DNA of 64,000 nucleotides from Squalus acanthias (Eukaryota): the NCBI GenBank assembly GCA_030390025.1, contig CM059431.1:155498001-155562000 (forward strand), in the 5' to 3' direction. The notes below the pieces were generated by a model. The model was given only the letters and a program-made list of their open reading frames with translations, was not told the DNA's origin and did no database searches. The position numbers and the translations under genes are program-made. Shown piece by piece: positions 13,246 through 23,942 of the stretch. The number at the start of each line of letters is the position of its first letter. Position 1 is the stretch's first letter.

Positions 13246-14746
13246 ACAAAATAATGGAAAAGTGATGGAAAAAGAGTTATAAAGACAAATTGGAGATAAT
13301 GCAGCAAAAACAGTAACAGTGATTGGTGACTATAAATATCCAAAGTACAGAAGTAACCGAAGAGGGGAAGGGAGGCCGTGGTGTCTGAAGCTTGTCCAGG
13401 ACATTATTCAGCAGGCTACAATTTCGGACGACAAGAAAGGATTGAGCAATTCATCTATTTCTAGAATGGGGAGGGGTTAGTAGGTGAGGTAACGGTAGTG
13501 AAACATCTACCAATGTTATCGTTCATATGTTCATATGTTAGTATTAATATGAATTATAAAATGGTTCGTTACAATCAAAACATTAAGTTTGTTAAAGGAA
13601 TAAATATAATTTCAACGAGACTGACATATTAGCTCAGTTATATTGAGGCGGATATGATCAGATAATATCGTGGGTAGGCAATAGGAAGATAGGTAAAATA
13701 AGTTTCCCATACAAGATACACAATTCACACAGGAATGAAAGCAGTGCAGGGCAGACAAGAATTACATTTGCTTGCAGAGAAAATGAAATAAACAATAGAT
13801 TTAAAATTGAATGTAGGAGTTTAGGGCTAGTTATGTAAAACAAATGAAAAAAGCCTGGGTAATAGAGTGAACAGTTAATAGATGAATTAGTGGCCGGTGA
13901 CAGAGGTCGAGACAATGATCATATTCCATAAACACTTCAAGGAAAAGAGTTACACAAAGAAAATAGCTGTGTAGAGATGAAATGGGAATGGTTCACAGAG
14001 AGGACGAAGGATTCACTGAAAAGCTATTGGTACTGTTCTGAAAATTAACGTGATAATTGGAATTAATGAAAAACTCATTGAAGTCAATGGAAAAGAAATT
14101 CAGACGCGAGTATAACTGGGCTGCCAATTCGCTTCAGCGCGTTTGACTCAATTTGACTCAATTGGCCAACACTGCCGACACCTTGTGACCCATTCTTTAT
14201 GGTTGACAGCTTGTGCAATCTGAGTTTCTAAAAAATGTATTGTTAGCTTTCAAAAATATTAAGGTCCTTAATTACCAATAATTATTGGTTTAGACCCTGA
14301 ACTCTGGAATTCCCTCCAGAAACCACATGGAATCTCTATCTCTCTCTTTTCTAAGACTCTCTTTAAATCTACTCTGTGACCAAGCTTTGGTCAACTGTCC
14401 TAATATCTTCCTCTGATGCTTGGTGTTACATTTTGTTTGATAACACTCCCTTTGCAACGAATTGGGACGTTTAACTACGCTAGTTCTTGTTGTTTCTGCT
14501 TAATTCTCATTGCAGGCACGCCTCCTGTCTGACTAATGGCGTATCTTCCTTTTATTCGCTAATGGGATCTGGGCGTCGCTGGCAATGACAGCATTTATTG
14601 CTCATCCCTTATTTGTTTCCTGCATTAACTCCCGATTCTGATCGTTTCATCTCTCTCCTAATGAAAGCCAGAAATAGATAAGACGTTTCATATCCGAGTT
14701 TGTACATTACTTCTCTGTATATGATTGCAATATACATTCTTGTTAG

Positions 14747-14945
14747 GAAATCGGATCCCTAGCTGAATGTCACCGCAGAAGCGATGCTTCCCAACTCATT
14801 TTCGATACCGTGCTGGAAAAGGGAGCTCGGGGAGAAAGAAAAATGTGGATCATATTACTTCAACTGCAGAAAACAAAACCCAAGCTGAAAATGACATTGT
14901 CAGAGATACAGAATAGATGTACAGAGGGAGAAAGTGATCTCGAAG
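14747..14945 (+). CDS. NLR exon: C-terminal half of CARD/death-fold-like module 2 (paralogue of 6224-6422)
   Basis: ttgttag acceptor, gttggt donor, 199 nt open, 11 substitutions and no indels versus 6224-6422. Confidence 0.8.
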
Positions 14946-15000
14946 GTTGGTGGTATCCTAATCTAATTTTTATTCGTTTCTGATATGTGGGCATCGCTGG

Positions 15001-15721
15001 AATTTGGGGAGGAGATAGCAGAAGAGCTTGCCATAAGTTTCCAATCTTCGCTAAATGCGGGGGAGGTGCCTGAGGATTGGAAAGTGGCAAATGTGTCACC
15101 ATTGTTCAAGAACGGGTGTAAGGACAATCCTGGTATCTACAGGCCGGTCAGTTTAAGATCAGTGTTGGGTTCAGTTTTAGAAACAATAAAGAAGTAAAAA
15201 AGTAACGGGCACGTGGGGAGGTTTAAGCCTATATATATATATATATATATCAAAAACTGCAGTGGCCCCAGCACTGACCCTTGGGAAAAAGGACTGTCTA
15301 CCATCCTCCAGTCTGAAAAACATCCATTTACTACAAATCGCAGTTTTCTCTCCTTAAGCCAATTTTCTCTCCTTAAGCAGCATCCTATGTTTTTGCCTCA
15401 CCCCAAGTTTGATGTCTTCGGTAAATTTAGAAATTCTACTCTGTATTCCAATATCAAGGTCATTTATATATATATATATACAGAGTAGAATTTCTAAATT
15501 TGCCGAAGACACCAAACTTGGGGTGAGGCAAAAACATAGGATGCTGCCCATCGACTGCAACATGAGATAGATAGGCTAGCAGAATGGGCAGGGAAGTGGC
15601 AGATGGAATTTAATACAGATAATTGTGAGGTGATGCATTTTGTTAGAAGGAAAAGTGAGAGGCAATATCCACTTAATGACACTGTTTTAAAGAGGGTGCA
15701 GGGACAGGGAACTGGGAGGTA
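15001..15721. mobile_element. Rearranged old CR1 RT fragments with an inverted duplication
   Basis: CR1 peptide pieces on both strands. ~69-bp inverted arms at 15377-15445 and 15479-15547 around (TA)n. Confidence 0.8.
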
Positions 15722-18650
15722 CGTATGGGTATGATCTTGTGGCCATTACAGAAACATGGCTGCTGGGTGACAACGACTGGGAATTAGATATGCCAGGGTA
15801 TTTAACAATCAGGAAGGACAGGCAGGAAGGAAGGGGAGGTGGGGTGACTATGTTAATAAAGGAAGGAATTACTGTAACACAGAGAAATGTTATTGGGTCA
15901 AAGGATCAGGATAATGAAGCAGTTTGGGTGGAGATAAGGAATAATAAGGGGAAAAAAACAATAGTGGGAGTAGTATATAGGCCTCCTAATAGTTGCAAAT
16001 CTGATGCAAGAAGTATTAATCAGGAAATAGTTGGGGCATGTAATAAGGGAACAGCTAAAATTATGGGGGATTTTAACTATCATATTAACTGGACAAATCA
16101 AATTGGGCAGGGCAGCCTTGAGGAAGAGTTTATTGAGTGTATTCGGGATGGATTTCTTGAGCAGTATGTAACTGATCCTACAAGGGGGTAAGCAACCTTA
16201 TACCTGGTCCTGTGTAATGAGTCAGTATTAATTAATAATGTCCTAGTTAAGGATCCGCTTGGAATGAGTGACCATAACATGGTTGAATTCCATATCCAAT
16301 TAGAGGTTGAGAAGGTTGGTTCTCAAACAAGCGTACTGAGCTTGAATAAAGGAGACTATGATGGTATGAGAGCGGAATTGATTAAAGTGGACTGGGAAAA
16401 TAGATTAAAGGGTAAGACGGTACATGAGCAGTGGAGTTCATTTAAGGAAAAATTTTAGAACTTTCAAAAAATATATATTGCACTGAGGAAAAAAGGGTGT
16501 AAAAGAAATGACAGCCATCCGTGGCTAAGTAAAGAAATTAAGAATATTATCCGACTAAAAACAAGGACATATAAGGTAGCCAAACTTAGTGGGAGGATAG
16601 AAGATTGGGAAGTCTTCAAAAGACAGCAAAAAGTAACTAAAGGATTGATTAAGAAAGGGAAGATAGATTATGAAAATAAATTAGCAAAAAATATAAAAAA
16701 CAGATAGCAAGAGTTTCTATAGTTATATAAAAAGTAAAACGGTGGCTAAGGCAAACGTACGTCCCTTAGAGCATGAGACCGGAAAATTAATGGTGGGAAA
16801 CATGGAGATGGCAAAAATGCTGAACAAATATTTTGTTTCAGTCTTTACGGTAGAGGACACTAAGAATATCCCAACACTGGACAAACAGGGGGCTCTAGGG
16901 GGGGAGGAGCTAAATACGATTAAAATCACTAAGGAATTGGTACTCAGTAAAATAATGGGACTCAAGGCGTATAAATCCCCTGGAACTGATGGCTTACATC
17001 CTAGGGTCTTGAGGGAAGTGGCAGTAGGGATTGTGAATGCTTTGGTAATAATTTTCCAAAATTCACTGGACTCAGCAAAGGTCCTGGCAGATTTGAAAAC
17101 TGCTAATGTAACACCCTTATTTAAAAAAGGTAGTATGCAGAAGGCTGGAAATTATAGTTAAGTTAGCCTAACATCTGTGGTGGGTAAAATTTTGGATTCT
17201 ATTATTAAGGAGACAATAACGGAAGATTTCGATAAACATAATTTAATAGGACAAAGTCAGCATAGCTTTATGAAGGGGAAGTCATGTCTGACAAATTTGC
17301 TTGAGTTCTTTGAGGACAGAACGTACAGAATGGATAAAGGGGGAACCGTTAACGTAGTGTATTTAGACTTCCAGAAGGCTTCCGACAAGGTGCCACATAA
17401 AATATTATTGCTCAAGATAAACAATCACTTGATTGGGGGTAATATTCTGACATGGGTGGAGGATTGGTTATCTAACAGGAAGCAGAGATTTGGGATAAAT
17501 GGTTCATTCTCGGACTGGCAACTAGTGGTGTTCTGCAGGGCTCGGTGCTGGGTCCCCAACTCTTTACAATCTATATTAACGATTTGGAGGAGGGGACCGA
17601 GTGTAACATATTAAAGTTTGCAGATGATACAGAGATGGGAGAGAAAGTTGAAAGTGAGGAGAACATAAAAAACCTACAAGGGGATATAGACAGGCTGGGT
17701 GAGTGGGCGGAGATTTGGCAGATGCAATACAATAGCGGAAAATGTGAGGTTATGCAATTTCGCAGGAAAATCAGAGAGCAAGTTATTATCTTAATGGCGA
17801 GAAACTGGAAAGTACTGTAGTACAAAGGGATCTGGGGGTCCTAGTGCAAGAAAATCTAAAAAATTAGTATGCAGGTGCAGCAGGTGATCAAGAAGGCCAA
17901 CGGAATCTTGGCTTTTATTTCGAGGGGGATAGATTACAAAAACAGGGAGGTATTGCTGCAGTTATATACGGTATTGGTGAGACCGCACCTGGAATACTGC
18001 ATACAGTTTTGGTGTCCATACTTAAGAAAATACATACTTGCTCTCGAGGCAGTACAAAGAAGTTTCACTCGGTTAATCCCGGGGATGAGGGGGTGGACAT
18101 ATGAGGAGATGTTGTGCAGATTGGGACTCTACTCATTGAAGTTCAGAAGAATGAGAGGCGATCTTATTGAAATATATAAGATTGTGAAGGGGCTTGATCG
18201 GGTGGATGCGGTAAGGATGTTCCCAAGGGTGGGTGAAACTAGAACTAGGGGGCATAATCTTAGAATAAGGGGCTGCTCTTTCAAAACTGAGATGAGGAGA
18301 AACTTCTTCACTCAGAGGGTAGTAGGTCTGTGGAATTTGCTGCCCCAGGAAGCTGTGGAAGCTACTTCATTAAATACATTTAAAACAGAAATTGACAGTT
18401 TCCTAGAAATAAAGGGCATTAGGGGCTACGGGGAGCGGGCAGGAAATTGGACATGAGGTTCAGTTCGGATCGGTCAGTGCCCTGTGGGTGGCGCAGCGTG
18501 CCCAGGGGCTGAGTGGCCAAGTCCTTCTCCTACTTCTTGTTTTCTTTAGATTTGAGGTGCCGATCAGATCAGCCATTATCTTAATGAATGGCGGAGCAGG
18601 GCGAGGGGCCGATTGGCCTACTCCTGCTCCTATTTCTTATGTTCTTATGT
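15722..18650 (+). mobile_element. 5'-truncated decayed CR1 ORF2 copy nested in an older CR1
   Basis: ORF pieces 15739-18456 are homologous to ORF2 at 42726-45677. Ends in 'ttcttatgttcttatgt'. Host CR1 resumes at 18651. Confidence 0.93.
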
Positions 18651-19342
18651 AATGCACATAGGTCCCTGAAGTTGGCAGGAGATATTGAGTGATTGGTTCG
18701 CAAAGCATATGGGATCTTGGGGCTGCATAAATAGAGGTACTGAGTACAAAGGTAGAGATGTTATACTGAACCTTTATAATGCGCTGGTTAGGCCACAACT
18801 GGAGTATTGCGTCCAGTCGTCGTCATCACACTTTAGGAAGGACATCAATGCCCTTGAGAGGGTTCAGAGGAGATTTGCCAGAATGGTTCCGGGGATGGAG
18901 TATCTTAGGTACGAGGACAGTTTGGAGCAGCTGGATTTGTTTTCATTAGAGCAAAGGAGGTTGAGGGGTGATTTGATAGATGTGTGTAAGATCATGACGG
19001 GTTTGGATAGGCTAGACGAGGAAAGGAATGTCCCACTAGTGGATGGTACAAGTACAAGGGGACACAGATATAATGTTTTCGGCAAGATATACAGTGGGGG
19101 GGAGGGGCGGAGCGGGTGTGAGGAAAAATATTTTTACGCAGCGAATGTTGAGGACCTGAAACTCGCTGTTGAGGAAGTGTTGGAAGCGGACACGCTCAAT
19201 GTTTTCAAGGGGAGACTGGATAGGTACTTCAGGCAAATAAACTTGCAGGGTTACGGGGATAGAGCGGGGGAATGGACTGACTCGATTGCTCTACAGAGTG
19301 TCGGCACTGACTCGATGGGCCGAATGGCCTCCTTCTGTGCCG
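18651..19342 (+). mobile_element. 3' part of the older host CR1
   Basis: ORF 18685-19362 with LVRPQLEYCVQ and RRLRGDLI; tail 'tgactctgactctgtgac'. Confidence 0.88.
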
Positions 19343-19705
19343 TTATGACTCTGACTCTGTGACATAAAATACCAGCAATTTACCAAGATTTACTTTTGCA
19401 ATTGATTTCGAAGTTTTAAAATCTTCATTGCTAGAAGCTCAAAATCCAACAGCAAACAGCCCACAAACCTCAACCTTGCTTCATGAAATATTTTCCTGGT
19501 ACTTCAGAAATTCTATCAGTATTTTTTTATCAGTGAGTGTCTAGGCATTAACGTGCAAAAAGTAAATAAGGGATTACTCATTGCTGAGAAACTTTTAACA
19601 TTTTTAAATTTTCTTGACGATAAGTTTCTCCTTCATAACACTGATCTGTTAAATATGTTTCTCCTTATTACAATGACTACACCAATGACGTTGTTCGTAT
19701 TCAAG

Positions 19706-21425
19706 AGATAGAATTAAAGCACAAAGACACTCTCCGCAAACAGAATGAGAAAATAACAGTCAAATCCACTGTAGGAAAAGAAAGATCTCGAAGATGTTTT
19801 CTGGATGAAAAGTATACTAAAGTAACGATTGTTGCTTCCCTGCGTGAGCGGAGACTGGTAGAAAATGAATTGAAGGCCCGAGGTAGAGAGCGTGAAGAAT
19901 TACAGAGGAAAAACATCGAGAATGAGCTGGAAGAGATTCAGCTGAATCAGTTGCTGAGTTTAGCTAAAACAGGCAATTCTGGGACAACCGTGGTAATTGG
20001 GTCCTCGGGGATTGGGAAAAGCACCATGATACAGAAGATAATCCGGGATTGGGCAGCAGGGAAAATATACAAACAGTTTAAAGTTGTCTTTCCTTTTAAA
20101 GTTCGACAATTGAATTTAATAAATGGAAAAACATGTCTAAATAGCCTGATCCTGGATTCCTACCCCGATTTCGAAAATGAGTTGAAACTTCTGTGGAAAG
20201 AACCCGGAAACATATTATTTATATTTGATGATTTAGACCAATTTGAAAAAAACATTGATTTCACCGATATTCAGAGAAACAACGACCCCCAATATCAGTG
20301 CTTCGATCCCGAGGGCTGCAATGAAGTGTTAGACATCGTGCGCTGCCTCATACAGGGACATTTACTGAAAGGCTGCTCAGTGCTGATCACAAGCCGGCCG
20401 TGGAAACTGGAGTCTCTGGGAAAGGCAAATATAATTCCAACGGTCGAAGTTCTGGGTTTCAACTCTGAGAAAATAAAGCAATACTTCGGCCGTTATTTTG
20501 GAGATGGCCATTTTGCCACAGTTGTAATCGAGTACATTGAGCAGAATGAGACATTGTCCACCATGTGCTATAACCCGCTGTACTGCTCGGTCCTCGCTTC
20601 ATTATTAGAGTCACACCGGACAGAAGGAGCGCAGGAGAGTCCATTGTCCGTCACAACCAGCACAAAGGTGTTCTCCGCTTACGTCACAAGACTTCTAGAG
20701 AGAGGTGGCTGTGACGCGGAAACTTCTCGCGACATATGGCTGAAATTGGGCGAGTTAGCCTACCAGGGAGTTTGCAACAAAACCGTTTTGATTATGACAG
20801 ACCAATTCAATCGCCACATCATCACACTTTCCAATCTTATCTGTGCGTTTATGATGGAGATTCCAGACAAAGACATGTGTACTGTTGTCTACACATTCAC
20901 TCACTCCGTTATGCAGGACTTTGTCGCTGCTCTTGCGAAAAGTCTAAGTACAGCAGGACTTGGACTGACACGATTGCTCGATAACGGATACACGTGCGCT
21001 GACGACAGATTTAGGACATTTTCACGGTTTCTCGTTGGTCTCTCCTCACGGCATTCAACGGATCAGCTTGAGCGGAAATTAGGTCAATTTCCTTCTGAAG
21101 CAATCCCTTGTGTGTCGGATTGGCTGAAAAAAAATGTCGAAAAACGCGTTACACACTTAGAAGATGGGCAAACCCAAAGGACGTTCTTACAGATATTGGA
21201 TTATTTCCGTGAATTCGGAGATACAAACCTGAAGATGGCCGCGTTAACACCGATTAAGAAGGCCATTTTCACAAAATGTCGTCTTAAACCTTTTGAATGT
21301 GCGATTCTTTCAACGATGTTAGTGGCCGTTGAACTCATAGAAGAGCTGAATCTGGACACTTGCCGGGTTGAAGATGAAGGGATCCGTCAGCTGGAGCCCA
21401 TGCTGCACAAATGTAAAATACTCAG
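19706..21425 (+). CDS. NLR large exon: FISNA-like region, NACHT, HD1/WHD/HD2 and first LRR (NLRC3-like/NLRP-like receptor)
   Basis: Frame is open upstream of the tracked ORF, back to acceptor ttcaag (phase 1). Walker A GSSGIGKST, Walker B ILFIFDDLDQ, sensor 1 VLITSRP, CYNPLYC, FTHSVMQDFVAA. Donor CTCAG|gtattg. The exact acceptor is less certain than the donor. Confidence 0.93.
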
Positions 21426-22936
21426 GTATTGCGCAGAAATAGTTACATCAACTCTTTCACTGGCATGTGTGATATTATTATTTAAGTGAAAAGCAAAAAG
21501 ACATTATCCATTCGAACAGTTAATGAGCACATTCACTCATTCGCCTCTCTGCTGTGCTCAATGGAACGGTAAGAGACGGCGCCTATGTGTCTGTTCCGTA
21601 GATACCTGTAAGTGCTGGAATGCTCATTTAAATAGATCGGTTTGGGTGTTGACCACATTAAATTCGATGTTAACGCACTCATCGTACCACGTGAGAATCT
21701 AGATTAATCAGTGCGATATACTCCCCTCACCTTGACCATCATATATTACATCTCTGTTGGGAATAAAACACAATTTCAAAGAAATGTATAGCACAAAAGG
21801 ATTACATTCGGCCCATCGTGGACATACCGGGTCTTCCAAACAGCTTTCTAATTAGTCCCGCTACCGTGCTCTTTCCCCATAGCCCTTGCAATTAGATCCC
21901 CTCCAAGTATTTAAACAATTCCCTTTCGAAAGTAACTATTAAATCTGTTTCCACTAGCCAGTCAGGCAGTACATTCTAAACCATAACAACTCGCTGCATC
22001 AAGCACATTCTCCTCATCTCACCTCTATTTTTTTTGCCAATTAACTTAAAATTGTGTCCTCCAGCAACTGATCCACCTGCCATCGGCACCTTGTCATTAA
22101 GAAAATATTTGGCTTTGTTTTAAACAATGACAATAAATGTTAAGGAAAACTGTTTTATTTGGCAGTTTGATTAAATTACAAGTGAGTTATTACCGTCCTG
22201 TTAGAAAGTTCCCAATTATTCGATCATACCGGATTTGCCTACTCAATACCTTGTTGTTGAGCTCAATTATGCCAATTGTGACAGTTAGATTTGGGTTCGT
22301 CTCTGCGAATCCTAAAACTCTGAATACACTTTCCAGCGGCACAGTTACGTTAAGGCATTATCAGCGGCCGAGAGGAAAGGAATATGCGACAGAATATCAC
22401 TCCACCTGTTATTAGGCATATTCGATTGATGTGTTATAAATCCCCCTCAGTCGATTGTCCAATAAACTTCTCAGAAATTTCTTCTTGTTTTGGCATGAAG
22501 TGCATTTTTAACCTCAGTGCATCAAAAAGATACTTCTCCTACAATAGAGACAAGGTCGGAGGTACGGTCCCTATATTTACCCCAAATGTATTCTTTTATT
22601 AAAGAGAAGCACCCCTGAGAGACATTTGTACTGCATTCCTCTTCGTTACAGACCACCCGTTTACAGCATTTAACCTGTTTACATGTAACCGTTTTATAAC
22701 GTGTGGTTAAATTTTGACCTCGGACATTAAAGTTACTTCCGGTTTACTGTTTTTACCACATATGATATTTGCAATTAACTTAATGAAAATCACAGAATTG
22801 CATTTAAATTACGGGTCTTATATTAGAGTTTTTATGGTCCAACGTGTCCCACGTTAAATATATCACTTAATCGACAAAATTTCCTGTCTGCCGCATTATT
22901 CCATATTCATTAATCATGTTATTTATTTGTTTTTAG

Positions 22937-23023
22937 ACTCAATGAAAATAAACTGGGAGATTCGGGAGTGATACGGCTCTCTGCAGTTCTAAAGAAAAAT
23001 GATTGTAAAATACAGAGACTCGA
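22937..23023 (+). CDS. NLR LRR exon (RLNENKLGDSGVIRLSAVLKKNDCKIQRLE)
   Basis: 87 nt, phase 2-2, tttttag acceptor and gtgagt donor; RI-like LRR consensus NxLGDSGV. Confidence 0.92.
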
Positions 23024-23298
23024 GTGAGTAATTTTGAAAAAAATTCGTACAGCACCACGAGAGAGTTATTTATGTATAAAAATACGAATTACAGTGTTAA
23101 TGATAACCAGTCGATCTCACTGTTCAATTTACGTTAAAACGGAAGTAATTTAGAAAGGGTTCAGTATACATATATCATGAACAGGATTCCCCCCCGCCCA
23201 CCTTATTTTGGAATTCCAAAGTAATTTTTTGCATTTGTCAAAAATTTAACGTGCGTGTGTGTTTTGTATAATCTGTGTTTATGTTTCGATCTCTGAAG

Positions 23299-23490
23299 GT
23301 TAAAATCTAACGCTCTCACAGATGATTGTGTGCAAAGTCTTGTCTCTGCTCTCCGTATAAATGCTTCACTGAAGAAACTGGATCTGAGTAACGATAATCA
23401 GGATGGTGAACAGGCCAACAGATTGACTGACAATTCTGTTCTGTTATTGCGCAGTCTCATACAGAGTAGCGATACTCTCAAGGAAATCAG
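23299..23490 (+). CDS. NLR LRR exon (LKSNALTDDCVQSLVSALRINASLKKLDLSNDNQDGEQANRLTDNSVLLLRSLIQSSDTLKEIR)
   Basis: 192 nt, phase 2-2, AG/GT boundaries, two RI-like LRRs. Confidence 0.9.
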
Positions 23491-23736
23491 GTGATTTTTT
23501 TTCCTGTTTAACTATTAATTATTTAAATTTTCTTTCACGTGTAAAATACATTTTCATATTTTTACTTTAATAAATGGACTTGTAATGTAAAATATATCGT
23601 CATTATTTTGCGGAGAATATATCTCCTCCATACGATTAAACACAAATATTTTGAATGAATCTCACAATATCGCTACTCATAGTGAACAGAATAAAACTCA
23701 TTGATAACAATTTTCTTTATGTTAATATTTTTACAG

Positions 23737-23824
23737 ATTGATACGCAATCAGCACATTGCAGAAGAAAAACAAATTCTGAAGTCAATCAATGTATCGGAT
23801 CACTTCACTGTAATTAAAGAATGA
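23737..23824 (+). CDS. NLR terminal exon (LIRNQHIAEEKQILKSINVSDHFTVIKE*)
   Basis: tttttacag acceptor, phase 2, LxxN start, TGA at 23822-23824. Confidence 0.8.
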
Positions 23825-23936
23825 AGGATTGTTTACGATGAAGATTGTTTTATGTAAATATCCTAATTATATTTTGGGTTATACTCTATATAATGTAACC
23901 AATTTTGAACATGATTTCGGGACGTGCGCTAGAGGA

Positions 23937-23942
23937 AATAAA
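23937..23942 (+). promoter_or_regulatory. Candidate polyadenylation signal of the NLR gene
   Basis: AATAAA about 110 nt after the stop codon. Confidence 0.5.

Larger units (their letters stand above)
12935..14970 (+). repeat. Segmental duplicate, copy B
   Basis: Colinear with 4391-6447. Has an extra ~220-bp insertion (13028-13245) and lacks ~260 bp present at ~5520-5780. Confidence 0.95.

Noticed and set aside
19435..19532. Possible small linker exon (ctag|…|gtgagt) before the NACHT exon
   Set aside because: Open, but it ends in phase 0 and would need a weaker acceptor at 19707. No homology support; cannot be excluded without RNA data.
19870..21489. 539-aa ORF as a complete single-exon gene
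   Set aside because: It starts at an internal TTG, the frame is open further upstream, and the last ~21 residues are intron read-through past the donor at 21426.
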